64,000 bases of DNA from Octopus sinensis (taxonomy: Eukaryota), in NCBI RefSeq assembly GCF_006345805.1, contig NC_043010.1, positions 17,360,001 to 17,424,000 on the forward strand, written 5' to 3'. The notes beneath the pieces were generated by a model. It had not been told where the DNA came from. It did no database searches and worked only from the letters and a program-made list of their open reading frames with translations. Each line of letters begins with the position of its first letter. The stretch's first letter is position 1. A program made the translations under genes and the position numbers. Of this stretch, positions 12,785 to 23,795 are shown one piece after another.

Positions 12785-13177
12785 TAAAATATTAGAGAAT
12801 AAATCCAAACTTACAGGGAAAAATCAGATTTAGGATTGAATCCAATTTTATAGTAAAATATTATATTATATTAAATTAGAGATAAAACCACTATTAGGCA
12901 AATCATACAATGAAAAACTTAAGCCAATACATAAGATTAATTAATTTATATTATTTTAAATATATATCAAAATTATTAAAAATTATACTAATTATACTAT
13001 TATATTAAAAATATATACTATTATATTGAAAATTATACTAATTATACTAATGATCTTTTTTTAATAATTTTGATATATATTTAAAATAATATAAATTAAT
13101 TAATCTTATGTATTGGCTTAAGTTTTTCATTGTATGATTTGCCTAATAGTGGTTTTATCTCTAATTTAATATAATAT
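12785..13177. repeat. Fold-back element: unique tail + perfect 120-bp inverted repeat (12863-12982 / 13058-13177), flanked by (TA)n
   Basis: No mismatch seen between the arms. The 75-bp spacer contains a duplicated aaaattatactaattatacta. Confidence 0.9.
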
Positions 13178-13180
13178 ATG

Positions 13181-13212
<32 letters not shown>

Positions 13213-13783
13213 CTAGCACTAGTGAATGCATATACAGCTGCGTACGTGCGCACATACACGCGAGTGCTGTCCAAATCTCTGACCAATCACATACAGCTAG
13301 CTGACATTCAATTGGCGTATCAAGTTTCGGGCATTTTGATTGGGTTTTGGATAGAACATTCACAAAAAGTCACTTCTATTGATTTTTTAATGGCTTTGCG
13401 GGGTGACTGGGGAAATGTAAAGATGTGCCCGACCACTCTTGGACGGTTTTGAATGACCATAGAAAGTGCGAGCCCTCTAACTGAAAAATTGTGGATTTGT
13501 ATAAAGGACACACACACAGACATTTTGCCGTTTATATATATGTGTATATATATATATACACATACATATACATATATATATAATATACTTTTATATTTAC
13601 ATACATACATAAACATATATATATATATATATATATATATAACTTATCATGAGATACCGGAACAGACTTCAGCCCCGACATCCGAAACTCTGAGTTTTAT
13701 TATGACAACCAACTAATTGTCACATATTTATAGATAAATTCCTCTTTCATAATATCGAGTTCTCATTCATTCTTTTGTTGTCA

Positions 13784-13846
<63 letters not shown>

Positions 13847-13850
13847 ATAT

Positions 13851-14637
13851 ATTATATATAAGGGCTTAGTAAAATAAATTACTTTGCCACATACTGAACT
13901 CATTAGAAATAGCAGCTAAAGAAATTTCTTCAGCTATTTCTAATACTTAAAGAAGATCTCTCTCAGATAGTGTTTGCCTAAACTAACTCACGAAAGTATG
14001 GGGGAAAAACATTAAAAAATCAAGTGCAAAGGTTATTTGAGAACGTACGTTTCTAGATTAGTCAATTCGACATTTCTTTCTTCAGCTCAGAATTCCTTGA
14101 ATCGGATTTGGGAACACTGAAAGTCGGGAGCATACCCTTTCGGCCTCTAATCACCTCTAGAATTCTGCTCGAACTAAAAGTGCTATCAAATTCGAATATT
14201 CGAATTTGATAGCACTTTTAGTTCGAGCAGAATTCTAGAGGTGATTAGAAGCCGAAAGGGTATGCTCCCGACTTTCAGTGTTCCCAAATCCGATTCAAGG
14301 AATTCTGAGCTGAAGAAAGAAATGTCGAATTGACTAATCTAGAAACGTACGTTCTCAAATAACCTTTGCACTTGATTTTTTAATGTTTTTCCCCCATACT
14401 TTTGTGAGTTAGTTTAGGCAAACACTATCTGAGAGAGATCTTCTTTAAGTATTAGAAATAGCTGAAGAAATTTCTTTAGCTGCTATTTCTAATGAGTTCA
14501 GTATGTGGCAAAGTAATTTATTTTACTAAGCCCTTATATATAATGTAATATTTTGAATTCGCCTATAATGGTCCCTTTACATACTGAACACTTGGTGAAA
14601 CTGATTAATAATTAATTAATTTTACCCTCAATTGTTG

Positions 14638-14645
<8 letters not shown>
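13851..14645. repeat. Spacer-less 694-bp palindrome (13851-14544, centre 14197/14198) plus about 100-bp unique tail, in (TA)n
   Basis: 347-bp arms with 2 transitions seen; centre ttcgaat|attcgaa. Confidence 0.95.
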
Positions 14646-14675
<30 letters not shown>

Positions 14676-15049
14676 CGCAGACATGGCTCTGTGGTTAAGA
14701 AGTTCGCTTGCAAGATGTGGTTTTGGGTTCCGGTTTCAGTTTTCCTGGACGGCACTTTGGCCAAGTGTATTCTACTACAATCCTGGATCGGCAAAAAGAG
14801 CCGGATATAATAAATACCGGACTTACAAGGAGACGGTGCCTCAGCATGGCCGCAATCCAGAGATCGAAATAAGTAGAATTATACACACACACATACTTAT
14901 TGTATGCACGTGTGTGTGTGTACGTATGTATGTATATAAAGAGAGAAAGAAAGAAAGAGAGAGAGGAAAACCGAAGCCCAGACAACAGGCAAAAAATACA
15001 CAGGACATGACACAAACATGAATATCATTCTTCACTCATCAACTGTTGA

Positions 15050-15900
15050 CTGAAGATCGATGCACATCATAATCCTCATCATCATTTTCCTATACTTGAT
15101 ATGGGCTGGACACCATTTGTTGTAGTCCTTTGTCACCTTTTTTGTGACAGACAGTCTCCTGGGATCAGCTCCTACCATATCCTCAGACTTCGTCTTTGGC
15201 AAGTTTCTTCCATTTCTATCACTCGGCAATTCTTGTATCCATCTGTCATTTTTCATATATATTTCATGTCAATCTAACTCAGTCTTCTCTCTTGCATACT
15301 TCATCGGATTCCTTTACCCCTCAGCTTCTCTCTCGTCTCCTTTGTGCTCCATCGCTGATGCAGCCGAGAGAGCAGGTTTTTTTTTTTTTTTTCGTAAAGA
15401 TTCCGTATTCAAAACCCTTGTCTCGCTTCCATACAACCACCCCTTTCGGGTACAGGCATCATACAATTAGCTCGTCGCTTGGAAACAAAATCCCTATATT
15501 GACCACAACTTCAGGAGAGTCCTTGCAGCATTTGAAAGAATTTATTTTAGGGGCACTCCTGCTACTAACTATTCCTCTAGTTATATGCAAAACTTTCTCT
15601 GTTAGCTTTCATGTGATTCCATTACCCCTCTTGTGCACACCGAACCCTTTTCGCATATCAAGTACGGCTACTTCCCAAATGACAGCAGATGTCTACCTTT
15701 TTCTGTTTCTGATAATTAAAACATTTGGTTTTGATATGTTTATTTTAAAACCTTTTTTATCTAGGATTTGGTATTCCTGCTTCAATTCCTCGGTAGACTC
15801 AGCTACGAGAATTAGGTCGTCGTCATAGAAAAGTTCATAGGGACTATAATAAACCAGAGAAGTGAGAACGTACCCCTGACACACACCTGCCTGTTAAATT
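15050..15900 (-). mobile_element. RTE-clade LINE RT/C-terminal remnant
   Basis: QGYVLT...PYELFYDDDLILVAESTEELK...KGFKINISKPNVL corresponds to RTE QG-LSP/YADD/LKVN-K motifs, followed by a decayed GRP..TW region. Confidence 0.8.
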
Positions 15901-16206
15901 CTTCGTTGAATTAGTTGTTAACTCTCACCTTGTCGGGACATGGCTTGCATGGCTCTCATTTATCTACAGTCTAGTGATAGCTGTTTCTGATAGAACCTTA
16001 TGGAAGAGGTACCTGGAGACTCCTACGACCTTTCCAAGAAAAGTGGGTGAATAAGATGGATGGTTTTCGTAACGACTACCAGTTTACAAAGTGTGAATTA
16101 CTGGCAAAGGCCTTCATTGAATGCTGAGTACAATGGCTTCGAACTTCTGTATTTGTCTCCCTTTGATGGGTACAATTGCTGCTCCATCCTAGCACAAAGC
16201 CTAACT

Positions 16207-16407
16207 CAGTGCTTTTCAAACTTTTTGCTGGAGTGGAACCCCAAGGAAACATTCCACTGGCTCGAGGAACCCCTGTGCAATAATTTAATAGTCTTATGTA
16301 CACATATCTGCACAGGGGAATTAAAAATTACTGCCGATTTTAGCAGTTTTGTAACTTCTTGCGGAACCCCTGGACTGTACTGGCGGAACCCTGGTTGAAA
16401 ACCACTG
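16207..16407. mobile_element. hAT (Charlie/Buster-like) MITE
   Basis: CAGTG...CACTG termini and an exact 8-bp TSD gcctaact (16199-16206 / 16408-16415) with central TA. Confidence 0.9.
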
Positions 16408-16449
16408 GCCTAACTAGTCCCACCCCTAATTAATTGTTATGAATCTTTG

Positions 16450-16950
16450 TTTCCTTCATAATTTGGCCTCATCTATTTGATTCCTCTGTACTTTCCTAGC
16501 AATCTTCTTTGCTCATGATGAAGTCGACGACAACACTGCTATTTCAATCATTGGGATTGACTCCCTTTTGTCCTGACTGACTGATAATGTGGCCGGAGTA
16601 TCTATTACTTCACCAGATGATTTCATCCTCTCAACAACTTACCCAGGTCGTCTGGCTGTTTTCTTTGCCTTCAAACACTTAAGAACAATTTCTACTGTAA
16701 AGTTATCAATTTCAGTCGTCGGTCCCTTAGTTGAGTCTACTTAGGAAACTCCATCTCTCTCTCTCCCTCTCTCTCTCATGCCCTCGCTTCATTCAGTAAC
16801 TCCTCATAGCTGCATTTCTCTACCTCCTTCTCGACATCAGCGAAAGCGAGTGCACCGTATTGTCATTTTGCCGAAACACCTTGTGCATTCTGCCACGCTG
16901 CCTTGCTGTCCGTAATACCTCACCTCTCTGGTCTTCATGTCACAGAATAC
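16450..16950 (-). mobile_element. RTE-clade LINE remnant (upstream RT region)
   Basis: Decayed GK(A)..PG....M-K and (N)YRGIK-like motifs on the minus strand, collinear with 15050-15900. Confidence 0.5.
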
Positions 16951-16989
16951 TGGTAAACCTCTTACAGTATCTCTCCTTGTTAAGTTAAC

Positions 16990-17390
16990 CTATTTCTTTA
17001 CTGCCCACAAGGTGCTACACACAGAGGGGACAAACAGATTAAGTCAATTATAGTGACCCAGTGCGTAACTGGTGCTTATTTAATCGACCCCGAGAGGATG
17101 AAAGGCAAAGTCGACCTCGGCGGAATTTGAACTCAGAACGTAGCGGCAGGCGAAATACCTATTTCTTTACTACCCACAAGGGGCTAAACACAGAGGGGCC
17201 AAACAAGGACAGACAAACGGATTAAGTCGATTACATCGACCCCAGTGTGTAACTGGTACTTAATTTATCGACCCTGAAAGGATGAAAGGCAAAGTCGACC
17301 TCAGCGGAATTTGAACTCAGAACGTAACGGCAGACGAAATACCGCTAAGCATTTCGCCCGGCGCGCTAACGTTTCTGCCAGCTCGCTGCC
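16990..17390 (-). mobile_element. Two adjacent/nested tRNA-derived SINEs (family 2)
   Basis: Repeated ctatttctttact.cccacaagg...gaaaggcaaagtcgacctc.gcggaatttgaactcagaacgta. The minus strand carries A-box (GGCAGAAACGTTAG) and B-box (GTTCAAATTCC)-like motifs. Confidence 0.9.
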
Positions 17391-17576
17391 TCGTTAAGTT
17401 TACCTGATGTATAATTCCTTGTTCCCGCCCTTTTATTCTTTCCTGGCTTTTGTAGCTCTGTCTACCGTATTTCACCACTATTTCAGCCCCCGCCTGGCGG
17501 AGCACCTACTTCATCCAGAGATTTGATCTATGAACTCACTGTAGGATGTTTGTAGAAACTTGCAATTATTATAGGT

Positions 17577-17638
<62 letters not shown>

Positions 17639-18139
17639 CCTTCATGCCAGCTACTACTTTCTTGAATTTAAAACTGAATAAAGGATATTTCAACTTCCAT
17701 GCCTTCTTTCTTCAGACGGCCGTGTCCATCGACAATTTACTCTCATATCATTCATCTATGTTTAGATGTACAAACTTTATAGAGGACGAGCAAAACGCCC
17801 CCCATCCAATGGACGGTGTTGAGTTGTCGAACATTTAAACCAAATTTTCTCAAAACAACTTGTCCGACCGTCCCATAGGCCTCCCCTTTGAGAAACACTT
17901 ATTTAACCTAAATTTCAGACGCCAGCAAAAGAAGAAATAAAGATAGACTTTTTTCTATTGCAAAGAAAAACGATTTTATTCACACAAATATGCAACCAAA
18001 GAGTTTAAAGTACCAATAATGATAAGGCTGTTGACTGGGAGAACTCAAACATGCTTTAAATAGTAAGTAAATACACAGCATTTTGAGGTATTATTTCAAC
18101 AGCTGATGTACTTGCACGTTCCCACGACTTTATCGATCG

Positions 18140-18304
18140 CATTCTCACCTGGAATCGATTTTTGTAATTTTTTCAAGACTTATACATGCCCTGATACCGT
18201 CGGTATCTACATATCAAATTTGAGCGCAATCGGATGGAGGATGCCCGAGATCCTAGAAGACACACACACACACACACAGACAGAACGGATTTTATATAAT
18301 AGAT
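18140..18304 (-). mobile_element. Possible 5' fragment of a microsatellite-bearing non-autonomous Helitron
   Basis: The minus strand starts A|TCTATTATATAAAATCC and is followed by a (TG)n/TCTG microsatellite, as in short Helitron-like elements. Confidence 0.4.
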
Positions 18305-18325
18305 AACCTTCACATCCGTCCGTCC

Positions 18326-18363
<38 letters not shown>

Positions 18364-18366
<3 letters not shown>

Positions 18367-18761
18367 GCAGTATCGCCCGGCGTTGCTCGGGTTTGTAAGG
18401 GAAATAACTATATAAGCATTTTTAGAGATGTAAAGTATAATAGCCATCTCAATATGGCTAACCACAAGGGGAGGGGTGTTACTGTAGCTTTTTACGTTCT
18501 GAGATTTAATAATAAATTTTTAGAGAGTTACTTCCCTTATATATGCCAAAAATGCATTAAAATATGGGAAAAATTGATAGTAATTTTTTTTTTAAATCGT
18601 AGACTCATCGTAGACGCGCGCTAATACCCAGAAGGGCTCGATATGAATCACGACTATAAGATACCCGAATTTGGTTAAACTGCACCGCAAAATGTGGGAG
18701 TAGTTAGGAATCTAAATCGTAGGAGACAGACAGCACACACCCTCTCTTTTATATATAAAGA
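18364..18761 (-). mobile_element. Non-autonomous Helitron (about 398 bp)
   Basis: 5' A|TC, 3' hairpin CCCG-agcaacgc-CGGG followed by CTAG. Near-identical inverted copy at 25862-26259. Confidence 0.8.
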
Positions 18762-18934
18762 TTTATGCCAAAAATTAATTTCTTTTCCATATTTAACATA
18801 AAGATTACATCTATGCACCAACTTTGAATTCAATTAAAACAAAATTAAAGGAATTGGAAAGTGAAAGCCAAACAGAATAGATCTGCCATCACTTTTGCAA
18901 CAGAGTGAAGACTACTGTACATGTGTGTGTGTGT

Positions 18935-18965
<31 letters not shown>

Positions 18966-19002
18966 ATTAAAATAATAATAATAATGATAATAATAATATA
19001 TA

Positions 19003-19369
19003 GGCGCAGGAGTGGCTGTGTGGTAAGTAGCTTGCTAACCAACCACACGGTTGCGGGTTCAGTCCCACTGCGTGGCATCTTGGGCAAGTGTCTTCTGCTA
19101 TAGCCCCGGGCCGACCAATGCCTTGTGAGTGGATTTGGTAGACGGAAACTGAAAGAAGCCTGTCGTATATATGTATATATATGTATATGTGTGTGTGTTT
19201 GTGTGTCTGTGTTTGTCCCCCTAGCATTGCTTGACAACCGATGCTGGTGTGTTTACGTCCCCGTCACTTAGCGGTTCGGCAAAAAGAGACCGATAGAATA
19301 AGTACTAAAAGGTGGTGTTCCAGCATGGCCGCAGTCAAATGACTGAAACAAGTAAAAGAGTAAAAGAGA
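19003..19369 (+). mobile_element. Full-length tRNA-derived SINE (family 1)
   Basis: Head ggcgcaggagtggctgtgtggtaag...gggttcagtccc, internal (TA)/(TG) tract, tail gactgaaacaagtaaaagag. Several copies in the window. Confidence 0.9.
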
Positions 19370-19769
19370 GTATATATACAGTTCTGTTTCTACTTCACAG
19401 ATTTTCCCCTATCGCAGGGGTTTTTGGTATGTAATACCAGCAATAATCGAGGGATTGCTGTATATCCTTTCTACCATAGGCATTTGTGGGGAGGGGCAAT
19501 CGAACACATGCATCCCAGTACTTGACTGGTACTTAATTTATCAACCCCGAAAGGATGAAAGGCAAAGTCGACTTCATCGGAATTTGAACTCCAAACGTAA
19601 AGATGGGAGAAATACCACTAAGCATTTCGCCTGGTGTGTTAACGATTCTGCCAACTCACCCAGTGTTTTGTTGCGTCCATAAAGCGATCAGCTTTACAAC
19701 GCCTGGTCAGAAATCTAATGGCCGTGGGAGGAGAAAAGGCCTCGTGGCCAGTTATTGAACACACAGATA

Positions 19770-21380
19770 AAGGAGAAAGGTCAAGCGCACGGGATTGTCT
19801 CCCTTAGACTACTATCCAGAATCCACCCAGTCAGCGTTCAAGTCCCAAGATTTCAGTAGGAATGGCCTGAAATGTAAGCAGGGTCTGAGGACTTCCGTCC
19901 TGGAATTTAAGATGTTACCCGAGTTGAGGGCATTATTTAATATCCTTACTCGTTGTGCTATGTATAGCTTGCAACGCTTTCTCCCGTTGATGTAGGGATC
20001 TGGTTTTTCTAGGGTCTTCTATGTGATTACAACTTGAGTAGTTTCGTCATTCAGGCATCACACGAGGCATAACATCTGTCCGGGATCCTAAACGAGGATT
20101 TGTGGTTGGAGAGGCGCTGCTTGAAGGTGTTCCCGGTACAACCAATATATTTTTGAATGCTGCTGTTGGTGTTGGCGTTAACGCTGTTACTTCCGCTGTT
20201 GTTGGTGCTGGTGTCATTAATCCTGGCTTGGCGGAGTTGATGTTGGTGCTGTCGTCGTTTTTGGGGTCTCTGTTGGTGCTGCTGTAGACATCGTCGTTGT
20301 TGTTGGAACTGTTGTCGGCGTTCTAGTGGTGGTGGTGGTTATTATTGTTATCATTATTAGCATTATCATTAGCCATTTGCTATTTCTGCTAAAATTGCTG
20401 CCATTGCCATCATTACTGCCATTCCTGCTGCTGCCGTAGTTGCTGGAAAAGGGTCAGATACCATCTCAGTCTCGTTAACAACTTCCTTGGTTTCGCATTG
20501 GCTTCCCACTGGGCATCTACTGCAGTCCCTGCATAAGCATCCCGCCTCCGCTCTTGGTCTGGGGGTTTTAACTAAAATACTCATAATATTGGGGGCGCAT
20601 CTAAAAGAAACTCTTAGGCTGAGACTATTGAATAGGCGTCTGTATCTATGTGATTGTGTAAAGTGCTTATCTACTGACCTATGGAATGTCCTACCTACGT
20701 TTTTACGTTGAGGGTAGACTAAATATTTCGGCGGCACTTCCTTCAGCGGGTTTTAGGGCCCGGCATGTATGAGATGCAGTCCTTTAACCCACTAGCAGCT
20801 AGGGCCGGGTTATTGTAGGGGGCTGCTACGTCGAAAATTTCTTGGCTAGAGGACAGATTCGAGATCCTCTTGCTGTCACCCTTCACCAGGTTTTGGAACA
20901 TGATGGGTGGGTGACAGGAGGCTGTGTTGGTATATGCCAGCCTCGTTTGGCTTGCGGTAGGGCTTGTATACACCAGAGCCCAAGTGATGTCTAAGAAGTC
21001 TGCGGTGGTGAAGTTGGTCGCGATTGTAATTTTCAGTCCCATGTAGTTAAGGGTGCTAGTCAGGTCTTTCATAAGACTGTCTAGGGCGTACCCGCTAGCC
21101 CCTCTAGGGCGTCATCTCTGTAGAGATCAAAAAGGAGAGGAGAATTTCTACCTTAGGGTATCCAGGATATACAACCGAGCGAGGTCGCACTCAGCACTAT
21201 CGTAAGCCCCATTGCCATGCCAAAAGAGCCTACGGAAATGGTTAGCTCGACCAAGGTTGAACCTTTTTTTAAACAGCACCGTTTTCCTGGTGTGCATAGT
21301 GACATCTATGTCTCCAGCGCTAAAAATCCACTACGTTGAACTAGGTGAACACTGCTCTGCCCCTCCCCTTGTTGGTATTA
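19770..21380 (-). mobile_element. Penelope-like element remnant (RT core, thumb/linker and endonuclease C-terminus)
   Basis: Decayed motifs FGMAMGAYDSAE..LY.L, LYRDDAL, GLKITI..N....DFLDIT, HPP, KNVG..F...VDKHF...H...RLFN...VSFRCAPNI and PY.NG.KRC.L. Frameshifted and stopped. Confidence 0.85.
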
Positions 21381-21394
21381 AACCCTATATATAG

Positions 21395-21560
21395 GGAGAG
21401 TTTACGAAAAAAACAAAAGACGAAGACAGGTAGTGTACAAAACAAACAGATGTATTAGTATAACGCTCGGGAATAGAAAAAGTATTTTACGTTTCGAGCC
21501 TACGCTCTTCTACAGAAAGGGACACAGAAAAAACAAGGAGAGAAAAAATGTGTGTAGTGG

Positions 21561-21603
<43 letters not shown>

Positions 21604-21742
21604 CTATCATTCGCCATGATAGATCGCTAGCCACTACACACTTTTTCTCTCCTTGTTTCTTTCTGTGTTCCTTTCTGTGGAAGAGCGTAGGCTCGAAACG
21701 TAAAAGACATTTTCAATTCCCGAGCGTTATACTAATACATCT
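21395..21742. repeat. Fold-back element (family C): tail + inverted repeat 21448-21563 / 21628-21742, central 11-bp hairpin
   Basis: Arms carry ttttacgtttcgagcctacgctcttc. Centre is cgatctatcat-tcgcc-atgatagatcg. A (TA)n run interrupts only the left arm. Confidence 0.85.
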
Positions 21743-22501
21743 ATATATATATATATATATAATGATATGTTGAAAAGATGCTTATACGATTACAAAATAT
21801 TTGCGTTTTTAAAGAATAAAAAATATCGGTAAAATCTCCAAACCCGACCTCCTAGGGACGGCTACTTTTAAACTGGTTGTCCATATCTGTGTGTGCCAAC
21901 GAGCTACCATTAATAAAGCTGTATGTCACACAAATCGCTTCTGTTGAACCAACAAATGTTTACATAATAACTTGCAGAGAATGTCACACATTCTGATAAG
22001 CAAATATTTCAGTATCGCGTCGTCCCGCTCGACATCGTCGTCGCCATCGCCATCCTCCTCTTCACCACCACCACCGCCGCCGCCGCCGTCATCGTCATCT
22101 TTCTGTCGGCGAGTTTGCATGTTTGACGAGTTCTTTTCAGCATAAAGGCGTCAATGTGTGAAAATATATCAAAGTGAAATAGTTAACTCTGAAGAGATTA
22201 GTGGTCGTCTGCATCAGTGAAAAGTAAATGCAAACAGCTCACAAAATGAAATAAATTAGTTTGCCGCGATGAAGGGAAGTCACGGCCAAACTAATGCACC
22301 TCATTTTTGTGAACTGGTTGTATTTAAAATATACACTCACCATTCTTGGTGGTGAATGTATATTACGTCACCCACACGCCACCAAGGAACAACAAGCCAG
22401 ACGTGTTTTCTTTTTACGATAAACTGTTATCTCAAAGACTACGACTGAGACTTGACAAGTTTCTTTCAACAAATCCAAGACATAATCACTAAATATGGCA
22501 A

Positions 22502-22555
22502 CGAGCGCTATACCCACCCGAGCGCTATACCCACCCGAACGCTACACCCACCCGA
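22502..22555. repeat. 17-bp tandem repeat x3 (cgagcgctatacccacc)
   Basis: Two identical units and one with 2 substitutions. Confidence 0.95.
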
Positions 22556-22758
22556 CCCATCAGCTAAGACCCACATGCTCGCTGCAAATGTCTTGTTCAG
22601 TTCCTGACTCTTTGCAAAACTTTACATTTATGTTGAGGTTTCATATATAACGAGATACTACAAACAAGCATCTCAGAACACATCGAGTTCATTTAAAGAG
22701 TTAGTAAAATGATTTAATTCTCAACACGTTATAACCAATGGCGGCTCACTAACATACC

Positions 22759-22988
22759 TATTTCTTTACTACCCACAAGGGGCTAAACACAGAGGGGACA
22801 AACTAGAACAGACATAGTTATTAAGTCGATTATATCGACCCCAGTGCGTAACTGGTACTTATTTTATCGACCCCGAAAGGATGAAAGGCAAAGTCGACTT
22901 CGGCGGAATTTGAACTCAGAACGTAACGGCAGACGAAATACGGCTACGCATTTCGCTCGGCGTGCTGACGCTTCTGTCAGCTCGCCGC
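22759..22988 (-). mobile_element. Full-length SINE (family 2) with 14-bp TSD
   Basis: TSD ctcactaacatacc at 22745-22758 and 22989-23002. Confidence 0.92.
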
Positions 22989-23058
22989 CTCACTAACATA
23001 CCATTCGTTTGTCTGTCTCTGGTTTGTTACGACGACAATGATTGCTGCTACTTTGAAA

Positions 23059-23462
23059 GGATATTTCCGGTTTGAACGGCAGTTTTTTCAAGCGGTGTCA
23101 TATGAAATTGTCACCCATAATTATGACCCTAGTATCGATCTGTTGCATTTCAATCTGTTTTAGGGTTAGGGTGGGGAGAAGGGTATCTTTTTTTCTTCAC
23201 AAATGTAAATAAACCCAATCTGTTTCTTAAATGGAGGACATATTCATACGGCACAGAATGCCTTTTTTTACCTCAATGGTTGGTTGAAGTTGCAGAAATT
23301 GAAGAAGAAAAAACAACAAATATCTTACAAACTATAGAATTTTCTCAATAAAGCCAAGAGAAAAAGATGTTTTATAAACACATTCTATCAGTATACGAAG
23401 TTAAAAATTTTTTAGTTACCTAGAAATTATGATAAAAACTGCCGTTCAAACCGAAAAGATCC
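23059..23462. mobile_element. MITE with about 28-bp TIRs, GG termini and 8-bp TSD (Merlin-like)
   Basis: TIR GGATCTTTTCGGTTTGAACGGCAGTTTTT; TSD ctttgaaa/ccttgaaa. Other copies at 50744 and 59956. Confidence 0.85.
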
Positions 23463-23685
23463 CCTTGAAACAGCAACGTGCCGACCACTAAATCAGTACA
23501 AATTAAGTAGTGCCTGGGTTTCAAACTCACCTATTTCCTAATAAAAGTCTCCCTTCAGACATCGATCTGCAGAATTTAAAACTACATTAACCTCATCGAG
23601 CGAGGAAAAGGGAGTAACCTATAACTATCTGGGCCCCAAACATATTTGATGTTGTGTTCAAGAGATCTTTATTAATTAAAATCAC

Positions 23686-23756
23686 GGGCATATGGCGTAG
23701 TGGTTAAGAGCGCAGACTACTAACCCCAAGATTCCGAGTTCGATTTCAGGCAGTGA

Positions 23757-23795
<39 letters not shown>

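Noticed and set aside
13640-13800. ccgaaac-containing imperfect inverted repeat between TA runs as a possible hammerhead
   Set aside because: No CTGANGA core or convincing stem I could be placed.
19665-19705. Possible decayed hammerhead at the 3' end of the minus-strand PLE (ctgatcgc...gcaacaaaac)
   Set aside because: It needs a 3-nt deletion plus two CpG reversions to reach the consensus and is a single copy, so it is too speculative.
21926-22120. ORF with DDDD/GGGG/EEE runs
   Set aside because: Translation of a trinucleotide low-complexity tract with no domain or splice support.
22235-22316. SECIS-like reading of the hairpin (ATGA at the stem base)
   Set aside because: There is no matching GA on the 3' side and no apical AA geometry on either strand.
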